DNA of 64,000 nucleotides. Origin: Dendrobates tinctorius. Taxonomy: Eukaryota. The stretch covers positions 4,960,001 to 5,024,000 of the forward strand of contig NW_027361982.1 in NCBI RefSeq assembly GCF_039654945.1. Direction: 5' to 3'. Below, in pieces: positions 13,601 to 24,260 of the stretch; the stretch's first letter is position 1; each line of letters opens with the position of its first letter. Both the position numbers and the translations under genes were made by a program. The notes below the pieces were generated by a model. It was not told the origin of the DNA, did not search any database, and was given only the letters and a program-made list of their open reading frames with translations.

Positions 13601-14213
13601 CCTGGATCCACGCTATAAAGGCAAATTACAAAACATCATGCCACAGGAGAACCTTGACCTAATATTGGCTAATAAACAAGCAACTCTGGTAAATCGGTTG
13701 CTTGAGGCATTCCCAGCACACAGCAGCGGTGATGGTTCTCACACGAGCCGTACGGGCCGGGGGCAGCTTGGCAGAGGTGTTCGTGGTGCACACAGCAGAA
13801 GTGGCGTTGGAGACAGGGGTTTCATGACAATGTTGTGGACTGATTTTTCAAGTACCGCTCACACAACTGGTAATACTGCATCGATGGAAAGTGACAGGAG
13901 ACAGCAGTTGTCAACTATGGTTACAAACTACTTTTCCTCCCATATCGATGTTCTCCCACACAGGTCATTCCCCTTTGACTATTGGGCCGCTAAACTGGAC
14001 ACCTGGCCTGAATTGGCACAATATGCCTTACAGGAGCTCGCTTGCCCAGCTGCAAGTGTGCTATCGGAAAGAGTCTTCAGTGCAGCTGGATCAATCCTGA
14101 CAGAAAAAAGGACCCGTCTGTCAACCCAAAATGTGGATGATCTAACCTTCATTAAAATGAACCATGCATGGGTTTCCAAGGATTTTGTCCCACCTTCCCC
14201 TGATGACACATAG
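10683..14213 (+). pseudogene. hAT (Ac/ZBED-like) transposase with two frameshifts (~10745 and ~12625)
   Basis: Likely ATG at 10683 (MRKAGGRGRG). BED finger KSAVWHFF...CKKC...MLRHLTTMH. Catalytic motifs LTTDAWSS, VVSDNGRN, CLAHTLNL, TRWNSTLHM and CPAASVLSERVFSAAG (dimerisation domain). ORFs 10901-12661 and 12630-14213. Confidence 0.93.
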
Positions 14214-15297
14214 GGTGACAGAAAAATGGCTTGCTTTGGTCCACCTCTTCCTGGGACTTGACCTATTTCGCCTTTTGCATCAGCTGAATGTCCAACATCA
14301 ACATATGCCACTTTCTAAAACTCCCTAAGGCTACTTTCACACATTAGGTTTTCGGCGTCAGGCGCGATCCGGCGTCGTGCCGGAATGCCGGATCCGGCAA
14401 ATGTTTTGTAAAACCTGAAGTGCCGGATCCGGTTTTCTGCCGGATCCGTCTTGTTCTTGACAGACAAAACCGGATCCGTCTCATCCGGTTCATCCGTTTT
14501 TCTATCTGTTTTTCTATCCGTTTTTCGACGGATTACGCCGGATCCGGTTTTTAAAATTGACCCTTGTGGCCTTCCGAACGGGATTGGCTACTGGAAAACT
14601 AGATATAGCATGTTCCTACAGCCCTTCTTTGACAGGTTGTAGAGAAGAAAGTGCAGGTTGGAGAGAAGAGCAAGTTACTGGCGAAGATGGATGTTGTCAT
14701 TGGAAATATTACCACTAGAAGTTCTGTGACGGTTTCAGGGACAATTTTCCACTATACTTTATGTCACCTCAAGGCAGAGTACACTGGGATGACAGAGTGT
14801 GAAAGATTTGTGCCCTAAACTTGTGTACCTTCTGGACCAACAGTATATACCTTTGCCAACCAAAGTTGGCTATCTTGTCATGGTCTTACTATTTTTACCT
14901 TTAGGCCACAGGTGTGTACCTGGTTGTGTTTTATGCAAAGTATTTCACCTTTTAACAAAAGTTGTGTACATTGGTAGGAAATCACCAACAATAAACACAA
15001 CTTTTTAGGTGAAATACTTTGCTTCAAACACAACCAGGAACACAACTGTGGCAAAAAGCTAAAATTTACCCACAGTTATATACCTGGTTTTGAATACCTT
15101 TTTACCTTTGAAATACCCTGTATTTAACCTTTTTTTAAAACATAGTTCGCCGCAGAAAGAAATGACAGACAACCATTGTGAAACGATAATTTAACTTTTA
15201 TTTACATTTTTTTTTTGTAAAATGTTTTTAAAGTGCAAAAAACTTTTTTAATAAAGGTTTTAAACCCAATGGGCATTTTTATTACAAAAAACACACA

Positions 15298-17882
15298 TTA
15301 CAAATCTGTGTACTGTGGGGTGGAAATACTGCTGGAGGGGCTGCGGGACACTTCGACACTGGGTGTGTGGAGAGAGGACTGGGATCGTGGTGGGGAAGGA
15401 ACAGTTAGAGGTGAAGGTGTGGAAAAAGCTACAGAATGGGTGGACATGTGGGAGGCAGAAGAGGTGGTGGGCGGTGGAGTGGAGGGTTGGGCAGGGACTG
15501 TAGGAGCAGATGATGTTGATGGAAAGTTGTATGGGGAAGGAGTTTGGTACGGGGAAGGAGTTTGGTACGGGGAAGGAGTTTGGTACGGGGCAGGTTGCTG
15601 GAAGTGGGGAGATGTCTGGTACTGGGGAGGTTGCTGGTACTGGTGAGGTTGCTGGTATGTAATAGGAGGGGGAGGATGGAAAGTGGCTGGAGGGGGTGCA
15701 GATGTAATAGGAGGGGGAGGATGGAAAGTGGCTGGAGGGGGTGCAGATGTAATAGGAGGGGGAGGATGGAAAGTGGCTGGAGGGGGTGCAGGTGGAGGAA
15801 CTACAGTGGTGGGAGGTGGAGGTTGGGAGGTAACCTGCTGTAGAGCACCGTGGCACGAATGCATTACATGCATCTGCTGGGTAGGAGATAGTGTTGCCAT
15901 GCGCTCCACAACAGACCTGAAAAAGGTGTGGTTTGGCGAAGATCTTGCTTCTGAATGCATGGTTTGCAGAAGTGTCTTCACCTCCAGAATGCTGGAGTTG
16001 ATCTGCTGAAAGCCTGCGGAGATTTGCTCTGACAAGACTTTGAGACAGTTCTGGAAAGATGCATTCAGATGCAAGAACTCTTGCGCATAACTCTTTTCCT
16101 GACCCCTCTGCCGCTGCCGCCCAGTACCTGCAGGTGTACTAGAGGTGGCAGGGGCAGAAGGGTGGGGTAAAGGGAAAGCGATCTCCTCACCAGCAGCTTC
16201 ATGTAATGTAGGCGGCCACGATGCTCCTGTGCTGGTGGATGGGACAGATGGGTCGAATGTGTGGGAAGGCTGGGAAGGTGCAGATGTACCGGGGCGGTCG
16301 AAGTGTCCCTCGGTGCCGGTCTCCTCAGGGATCGCCTCAGAAGGGTCCAATCGTGCAGGCTCCCGAGTGCTGCTCACCGTGCTGTGTAATAAAGAGAAAA
16401 AAAAACAATTAAAATACTGACATGGTATGGCCCTGGCTGAAAAAAAAAAGTTACATCTAACATTTTTTTCACATGTGGTGTGTAATATTTACCTTCTGGT
16501 GAGCATTGTTTCCCGGAGGAACGACAGGGCTTGTGCGTACTTGTACTTGCTCCTGCGTCCTCCAGATCCACTCGGGGCCCACATCTCTTTATTGAACTCC
16601 TTCTTGAAACGATCCCTCACAGACCGCCACCGATTCACAATTCTGTTCCCTGAAACGAGAAAGGAGTGGTTAGTATACAACATCAGTGTTTCACAAACTC
16701 CAGTCCTCATGGTCCCCAGGGGTCATGTTTTCAGGATTTCCATAGTAAATAGAAATCCTGAACACATGATCCGTGGGGACCACGAGGACTGGAGTTCGGG
16801 AAACACTGGTTTACATCAAGCAACCGGTACTGTATATACTTACGCTCTTTAATCTGGGCCCGAGCTTCGAGGTCCTCCCAGCGGCCCACAAGGAGAGAAC
16901 AGATTTCCTCCCAGAGTCGTCGGGTAACGATCAGGTCAGCGTGGCGGCGGTCAGCCATATTCCAGAGCGGCTCCCTTTCTCTGACGAGATCGATGAGGCG
17001 GTCCACATCAATCCCTCCATCCTCACCGTCAGAGTCGGGAGCACGCTGTGAAGGCTGTTAAAGAAAAAGACAAAAATAACATAATTAGCCTCCACAAAAG
17101 AAATGAAATAAAAAGTGCAAAAAAACAAAGCAAAAATATTTATACTTACACGCTGGTGACCGCCGCGTTGCTGTCGCCGACGACCCTGGGAGGCACTGCG
17201 AGGACCTCTTGGCCGAGCACCATATTGGGAAGACTAGAGAAGAAAACAAAAAATGTTATGTCTTTGGATGTAGGCATTTGTTTGCTGTGTGTGGTCTGCA
17301 GAACATTGTTTTCTATGTGTTGTGTGTAGTGTGATGTTGTGTTTCTGCGTTTGATGCAAAAAACTTACCAATTGTGAGCCCACTCCAGGTGTCTGTCCAC
17401 CCCTTCCTTCTTCTTCTGGGAGCTCCTCTTCATCTTGTGATTCCTGTTTTGAAATAAAAGTCAATGAATAGACATATATTACAGAGATGATGGATTTTGG
17501 AAATAAAAACTTACCGTCAAACGCTGACGATGCGAGGGAGGGCTCCCAGAAGAAGATGTGCTGTCCTGTTGATGGCCAGACTCCATGGCTGTGGGTATTG
17601 CTGCTGCTGTTGCTGCTGCCAGTGATGCCATTTCTGCTGCTGCTGCTGCATCTCTTTGGCAGCTGTTGAATAAAGAGAAACAAAGGGCCAATGAATATCT
17701 TGATATTCCATGGCCCTAGTTTGGAGGAATGGGGGATTTGATAATTACCGTCTCTCATCTGCTGCTGGACTCCCCTCCTCAGCATGTTCCATTTGCTGCT
17801 CCATTTGGGGTGGTGCTGATGGTGCTGCTGCTGCAGATGTCTGCTGCCTTCTCCTGCTCCTGGTTCTTGGCTTGGGTGGCAT
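15298..17882 (-). CDS. 7-exon MADF (Myb/SANT-like) + BESS-like, Pro-rich DNA-binding protein, 630 aa (Harbinger ORF2)
   Basis: Exons 17882-17749, 17662-17515, 17443-17369, 17233-17150, 17054-16844, 16649-16493 and 16381-15298. All introns are GT-AG with polypyrimidine tracts and compatible phases, giving 1893 nt open. MADF: DVDRLIDLVREREPLWNMADRRH...LWEEI...IVNRWRSVRDRFKKE...KYKYAQALSFL. BESS-like: NHTFFRSVVERMATLSPTQQMHVMHSCHGALQQ. Confidence 0.85.
16684..16808. mobile_element. Small hAT/Charlie-type hairpin MITE in intron 5 of the MADF gene
   Basis: CAGTGTTTCACAAACTCCAGTCCTC...GAGGACTGGAGTTCGGGAAACACTG inverted repeat. TSD degenerate. Confidence 0.75.
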
Positions 17883-17913
17883 GTTGGGTGTGGCTGAGGG
17901 TCCCATTGTCTTG

Positions 17914-17924
17914 CTTTTATATAT
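17914..17924 (-). promoter_or_regulatory. Putative TATA box of the MADF gene
   Basis: Minus-strand TATATAAAAG about 32-40 bp upstream of the ATG at 17882. Confidence 0.5.
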
Positions 17925-18590
17925 CTCCTGTGGGCAGAGCTACTGAGCATGCTCAGACCAAAAAAACGGATCTGGCGCATTGCGGCGCTCATAGGCTTTC
18001 ATTGTGTGAAAAAGCCGGACGCGCCGGATCCGGCGTGTCCGGCTTTTTCGCCGGAGACAAAAAACGTTACAGTAGACGTTTTTTACAGACGCCGGATCGC
18101 GACACATTGCCGGATCCGGCGAAAACCGGATGAAACGCATGGCCATTCGGCGCGATCCGGCGCAAATGCAAGTCAATGGGGGGGAAACCGGATCCGGCAT
18201 TGCATTTCGCCGGATCCGGTTTCTGTCAAAAGCGCCGGATCGCGCCTGACGGCGAAAACCTGATGTGTGAAAGAGGCCTAACTGTGCTGCCTCCCCCCCC
18301 ATTGGCCGGAGTCACCACCTAGCGCACGACAACGTGCGAGTGCCGTTGCCCTGGACAGGTGGGTAGGCCGACTCTTGGGCGCGGGCACTGGCACAGGGTC
18401 CCTCATAGTGCAATCAAGTGTTTCTGACGGTGGTGGTGCACACCCGCCGTCAGACACACCGCCGTACTATGAGGGGCCCAGTGCCAGTACCGACGCTCAC
18501 GAGTGGGCCCCCCTTGCTTGGGCAGGGCCCCAGCATTTGCAATCTTTACCTCTCCCTGCTCCTCCGCTGTGTAGTCTGGGCCGTCAAATC

Positions 18591-19117
18591 CATACTGTGC
18601 CTGACACCGTCTGAGCCTGCCTCCTGATGTATAGACATATATTTTGAATGTGTACGCTATCCATACATGTTATCCGGGGATACGGTACCCTTTCTCACCT
18701 TTGCGCAATCACGTGCAATCCATATTGGGCCTAACACCGTCTGAGCCTGCCTCCTGATGTATAGACATATATTTTGAATGTGTACGCTATCCATACATGT
18801 TATCCGGGGATACGGTACCCTTTCTCAAATTTGTGCAATCACGTGCAAGCCATACTGGGCCTAACACCGTCTGAGCCTGCCTCCTGATGTATAGACATAT
18901 ATTTTGAATGTGTACGCTATCCATACATGTTATCCGGGGATACGGTACCCTTTCTCACCTTTGTGCAATCACGTGCAAGCCATACTGGGCCTAACACCGT
19001 CTGAGCCTGCCTCCTGATGTATTGACATATATTTTGAATGTGTACACTATCCATACATGTTATCCGGGGATACGGTAGCCTTTCACCTTTGTGCAATCAC
19101 GTGTAATCCATACTGGG
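18591..19117 (+). repeat. 130-bp tandem repeat, ~4 copies, in the hAT 3' region
   Basis: CTGAGCCTGC at 18611, 18741, 18871 and 19001. Confidence 0.95.
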
Positions 19118-19227
19118 CGTGAGAATGGCTGGCGAGCTGTTAAGCAAGCTACAGCACCTGTGGTTTGCACACGTAAGTTTTTCATTTTTTCAGGAATGAC
19201 GGTTAGTCCTAATTCTGGAACTGCGGT

Positions 19228-19705
19228 TGACCTTCCCTTACTGGGAAATCATCGTTCGTGGGTAATAATTGTAATCAGTGATCCCCATCACTAACGTTGT
19301 TCAGCGGGTTATCTGCACCTGTAAGCGACAAACGCTGGCCTTTTCAGTGTAGCGCACATGCAGCCACGGACATGTAAGGGCATGACACACCAGTTATTGG
19401 CCAATCTCATGTGCCAGAGCCTCACGTGTCCCTCTAGTAAGCCGGACTCGGACCGCGGGGCATGACGGAGTCTCGTTCGTTAACGGAATTAAGCTTGCAA
19501 TGTGTGCATCTTTTCTGTAGCTGGCATGGTTGAGGTTTCCCAGGTGGAGTCGAATTTAACCGTAGGCTCCACTCCTGGTGGTGCCCTTCTGGACATTCCT
19601 TTAAGGTTCAGCTTTGCAACCATACTGCCCACGTAAAACAAACACTTTGCCTTCATGAACGCTGTTTGGAGGGTCATAACTCGTGGGAATAACGCCGCCC
19701 AATCA
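19228..19705 (-). pseudogene. Degenerate 18S rRNA fragment (3' half) captured inside the hAT element
   Basis: The plus strand matches reverse-complement 18S blocks in the correct order: TTACTGGGAA.TC.TCGTTC, CAGTGTAGCGC, GGACAT.TAAGGGCAT, GAGTCTCGTTCGTTA.CGGAATTAA, GGCTCCACTCCTGGTGGTGCCCTT, TTCCTTTAAG.TTCAGCTTTGCAACCATACT and GGGAATAACGCCGCC. Confidence 0.9.
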
Positions 19706-20964
19706 GTTAACCTGCTAGAGAGATCCTTCGTTGCTCCCAAGCATGACATCACACTCCCTAGGAGGAAGGTAATGCCACTGTGGCGACCGTACTCCTGGGG
19801 GCGACACAAGTGCACTGATGCCCAGCCACTGCTCGATGAATCTGCTGGTACATTGACCCAGACCACTACATTCCCCTCGCACGCTACACGGCCTGAATCT
19901 GACCCTGATGAAACTCAGGTTACCCTTCCCATATACAGTTCCATCTTACACGGTGACAAAGAGGAAGCTGCAGTTGAAAGTGCAGGTTCGGCCCACCCGC
20001 CATCAGACACACCACCGTACTATCAGGGGCCCTGTGCCAGTGCCGTCGCCAACGAGTGGGCCCCCCCGCTTGCTCAGGATCACAGCACTTGCAAGGTTGA
20101 AATACTGTGCAGTGAGATGGAAGATGGGGACGAGGAGGAGTCCAGACTAGTACAGGGATTCCCTAGCGAGGAGACTTATTTGATTGTTTTCAATGTTGGG
20201 ACAGCAATTTTTGGGGAGCACTATACTCTGGAGAATGATAGATGGGGCCCACCATACACTGGAACATTCCAAAGGTGGACATCAGACACTGGAGCAGCAT
20301 TTACAGGCCCATTATACACTAGAGCATTAGAAATGGGGCCCATTATGTTTGGAGCATTATTTGGGCCCATAAGACAGTGGAGCTTCATCCATGGGGACCA
20401 ACATATACTGTAGCATTATGTGGAGCTCATCATATACTGTTTCAAACATTATATGGGACCAATGATTCTGTATGGAGAAATAGATGGGCCTCGTCATGAG
20501 ATGTAAAAAGTGAAGTATTTTTCATTGTACTATACCGCTATTTCTCTGCCGTATCGGAGCATGATGAGTTGTGGTATGTGTTAAAGGGGCGCTCTTTCGC
20601 CCAGGGCACATGAAAACCTGGAGCCAGCCCTACCCCCCCACAACTTTAGCCAAATAACCCCCATTTTTCAGTGCGTAACTTGTATTATGAAGTTAATTAA
20701 GGTTGACAAGCTTAAGTAAGAAGAATTGTTTCCTGTCCTCCTCTCACTGCCAACTTTTATTCCCCATTGACTTACATTGGGTTTCGTGTTTCGGGACGAC
20801 CCCGACTTTTCCCTATAATCGGCCGATCTTGCTCGACCCGACTTTCGGAAAAGTCGGGTTTCACGAAACGAAACTCGACCCTAAAAACCAAAAGTCGCTC
20901 AACTCTACTAATGAGTTGTGAGGTCCCCGGGTCCATGTACGACCATTGTGCTGAACATGTACCC

Positions 20965-21310
20965 GTGGTCCCGGTGTGGCCAGTCCTGTCTCCGTAGTCC
21001 CTTGGTGCCAGTGTGGCCAGTTTTGTATCCGAGGTTCCCTGATCCTCATGTAGTTAGTCCTATTTCTGTAGTCACTTGGTCCCGGTGTGGCCAGTCCTGC
21101 ATCCGTAGCCCCTGGTCTCAGAGTGGCCAGTCCTGTTTAATGAAGTTCCCTGGTCCCAGAGCATCCAGCGCCTCCAACTCGGTTCCTGAGCGGCCAGTGC
21201 CTGAACCTCATCCCCTGGTCCCTGAACGGCCAGTACCTGAACCTCATCCCCTGGTCGCTGTGCGGCCAGTGCCTGAATATTGTCCCTCAGTCCATGTGCA
21301 GCCAATCCCT
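20965..21310 (+). repeat. Degenerate short tandem repeats (GGTCCC..GTGGCCAGTCCTG), probably part of an LTR interrupted by the hAT
   Basis: The repeated motif is visible. The LTR assignment is inferred from a TG start near 7902 and a TATA-like box near 8200 on the other side of the hAT. Confidence 0.45.
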
Positions 21311-21899
21311 GATCTAGTATCCTAGACCAGTGTGTCTGAACATAGCCCAAATCAGTGTCAGCAACCTGACTCCTAGGGTCAGCATCTGCAGTATCGGGAT
21401 CTGCCTAGGAGTGGTACCTGGCGGATACCTGCAGGCCAGTCTGTCTCAAACATCAGGAGCTCCAGTGAATACCTAATAGCTGCCTTGCTATGCCCTGAGT
21501 AGGCAGACTCATCCCTATGGCCCACTGGGTCCATAAATGCCCTTGCACCAACGTTGGATATGCCAAGTGCGCTAGTATGCCTTATAAATACTATAAGGTG
21601 GTCCATGTAACCACCCTGATGAAGATAAGACTTTATCCAGGGAGCAGCCGAGCCTAAATGACATGGTTGGTGGCATATGCATGTCTGGGAGAGTATTGTG
21701 TCTCTTTACAATAAGGGGCAGAACAGTGAGAAAATAATAGGTAGTAACAGGAAGGAATACAGGTGAGAAAACTGGGGCTGACTTCAAATTTTACTTACAT
21801 GACAAATACATTTTCCTCCAAATCTTTATTGTAAGTCGTGTCCTGTGAATTGTAATGTGGGATCACAACACTTCAGCTATGGGATTGGTTCAACACTAG

Positions 21900-22571
21900 T
21901 ACAGAGCGTGCTTTGGAATGGCAGCAAGCAGGTGTCTGTGCATTTGCATGCACAGTAAGGCAAGGCTTTTGGAGGCTGCAAGCCACTTCGCCCCAAGAAA
22001 AACATCAATCACAGACTGAAATTATGTTGGAAGTACAGGGATCGGACTGCAGATGACAGAGGTAAAGTAATTTTCTCCAATTAAGTCCCTGTCAGACTCT
22101 TTGGGACATCAGGAAGCATGCTTGTCCAGAGAAGAGAAGGTGATCGCTACCAAACCTTCTCCGAGAACAACTTCTCCAAACCATCCAGGACAATTTGGTA
22201 ATGATGCTTATTCAAAAATTATTGAAATTTTAGGGCCATGTCCGGTAAACTTTCCAGATCTCAGTCCCATTGATAACCTGCGGTCAATCCTCAAAAAGCG
22301 GAGGACAAACAAAAATACTACTGGTGATCAACTCTGATCCTTGGTCAGAGACGAATAGGGAGTGATCAGTCATGATCTGCCCAGAAACCAATGTCCAATG
22401 TTAAGGCTTTACAGAAACTGCCATGTATTATCAATAAAAATGTAAAAACTTATGAAATGCTGTATTTCAGTAACTATAGAAACATCCAACTAGAAGATCA
22501 GAAATTACTGATGCAGCAAACTTTGTGAAAACCCACAATTGTGTCGGTAACAAAATGTTTGGCCGTGACTG
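21900..22571 (+). mobile_element. Truncated Tc1 remnant
   Basis: PDLSPIDNL motif. Terminal AATGTTTGGCCGTGACTG followed by TA. Confidence 0.7.
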
Positions 22572-22574
22572 TAA

Positions 22575-23170
22575 GGGCCCCATCACACATAGCGATCTCG
22601 CTAGCGAGATCGCTGCTGTGTCACAAGTTTTGTGACACAACAGCGATCTCACCAGTGAGATCGCTGTGTGTGACAGCGATCAGCGACCGGCCCCCCTACC
22701 GGTATCGCTGATCGCTGCAAGAAACCTCTGAACATTTTTTCGTCGCTGATCTCCCGCTGGCCAGCACGCATCGCTGCGTGTGACAGGCGGGAGACCAGCG
22801 ATCAGCTGGTAACTAACGTACACATCGGGTATCCAAGGGACACGCGTCCCTTAGATACCCGATGTGTACGTTAGTTACCAGCGAGTTACCGGTGCCGCCA
22901 CCGCCTCACGCTGGGGACCAGGAGGCAGCAGGACGCCGCCAGGAGAGGCCGGGGATGCAGGCGTGCCCTCTGCTGGTGGAGGACTGGAACAGCAGGCACA
23001 CTTGTCCGCTGCTCCCGGGCTCGCTCCTCACCTCGGCGTCGGCATGCTGATCGCTGGTGAAGCTGTCTTTGTGACAGCTCACCAGCGATCACATAGCGAC
23101 TTACCAGCGATCCTGACACGTTGATATCATTGTCGGGATCGCTGGTAAGTCGCAATGTGTGACTCCAGCT
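22575..23170. mobile_element. Harbinger-type MITE (AGCGAT/ATCGCT subterminal family)
   Basis: Imperfect TIRs (..TCACACATAGCG / CGCAATGTGTGA..), TAA flanks and repeated AGCGATC motifs. Confidence 0.75.
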
Positions 23171-23474
23171 TAAATTCTTTCAGGTGATCTTGTGAACTCA
23201 ACACCTAAGTAGCTTATCAAGCATGTGTTTCATCTAATTGGGAGTCTAAGAGATAAAGTTTCTAATTGTGGAGAGCTCGAAATTAGCATTGGAAACATGT
23301 AGGCCATGCTATACCCCTCATGCAATTTAAATCTACAGATAGGGACCAGGACTCTAGTGTCAACTATTGGAGGTAGAAAGCCTAAAATTAAAAATTGACG
23401 ATTTAAAGTCCTTATCACAACTTAAAATAGGAAGCCAAACCTTTCATACATCAAACTATTTCTCTTTCTTTGCA

Positions 23475-23500
23475 CTGATGAGGGGCAAAACCCCCTAAAC
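23475..23500 (+). ncRNA. Decayed hammerhead ribozyme core
   Basis: CTGATGA-GGGG-CAAAA-CCCC-CTAAAC; the GAAA and stem III are mutated. It lies between inverted repeats at 23350-23440 and 23524-23615. Confidence 0.55.
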
Positions 23501-23699
23501 ATATATTTTTAAATGGAGTTTCTGGTTTGGCTTCCTATCCTATCATGTGGCCAGGCTCTTTAAATGTTGATATTGATTTTTTGGATTGCTATCTCCAATA
23601 GATGGCACTGGAGTCAATATTTGCATATTTATTTGGGAGAGATGTTGCACAGGTGAGGTGGCATGGTGTCTTCAGCATTAAGACTTTGCACACAGTATA

Positions 23700-24260
23700 T
23701 ATTGTATCCTGGAGGGGGCTACTTTAATTCTTCCAAGATGTTCGGGAGTATTTATTTAGGGAAAGGGAGCATCAAAAGCTGCCATATTGACCATCTCTTC
23801 TGCCTTGGAAGAGATTTATGGTGTTTGTACTTTTGCCATTAATTATGAAAACTGGTTTGGCACCTTCATTAATGTGTTGGACATATGTGAGCAGATTAGG
23901 GCTGAAGTTATACCTGATCCGCGTGGCATATAGACATGTACATGACTGTCGGGCTTTTTCTGCACCGAGATCAAGCATCATGGATGGACACCTGCTAATA
24001 ATGTGTCTGACAGTTATAGGATTAGGCGATCACTCATAGGTTAAACATTTTACTATACAGTGAAAATGTCTAAGGTCTCTTTAGTGTCTCCAGGGAAGAG
24101 ATGTTATTGCAGTTGTTTCGGCAGAGGACAGGCAGGTTACACTATGGTGGCTAATGTTCCTCAGAGATATACCAGGTTAATGCTATAAATCTCTGTGTAT
24201 CAAATTCGACACGTCTGGATCCCAATTTTCCTCCAGTTCTGCATTTCTATTATTTTACTG
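23700..24260 (-). mobile_element. Very old L1-like RT fragment
   Basis: Minus-strand LDLGAEKA and INGKSTNTINLFQG resemble L1 RT motifs LDAEKAFD and NG..S..F.L..G. Confidence 0.35.

Larger units (their letters stand above)
14329..18278 (-). mobile_element. PIF/Harbinger element lacking a transposase but carrying the Myb/MADF gene; nested in the hAT 3' UTR
   Basis: ~45-bp TIRs GGCTACTTTCACACATTAGGTTTTCGGCGTCAGGCGCGATCCGGCG and reverse complement GGCCTCTTTCACACATCAGGTTTTCGCCGTCAGGCGCGATCCGGCG. TAA TSD (14326-14328, 18279-18281). Subterminal GCCGGATCCGG palindromes at both ends. Confidence 0.92.
8273..20907 (+). mobile_element. Full-length composite hAT transposon (12.6 kb including nested insertion)
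   Basis: TIRs TAGAGTTGAGCGA / TCGCTCAACTCTA. Perfect 8-bp TSD CTAATGAG (8265-8272, 20908-20915). Internal hAT transposase gene. Confidence 0.95.

Noticed and set aside
10683-14213. Domesticated ZBED host gene or programmed frameshift
   Set aside because: Flanked by intact TIRs and a TSD, with two frameshifts and no slippery site seen. Best read as a mutated TE copy or sequencing indels.
17234-17992. 252-aa single-exon ORF
   Set aside because: It overlaps exons 1-3 of the spliced MADF gene, is in frame only with exon 3, and reads through introns.
19228-19705. Functional rRNA gene
   Set aside because: Partial and heavily mutated, with internal deletions and no ITS/5.8S/28S.
19655-20413. 252-aa ORF in the hAT 3' region as a second cargo gene
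   Set aside because: It runs across an rRNA remnant, duplicated fragments and a minisatellite, so it is most likely a chance mosaic ORF.
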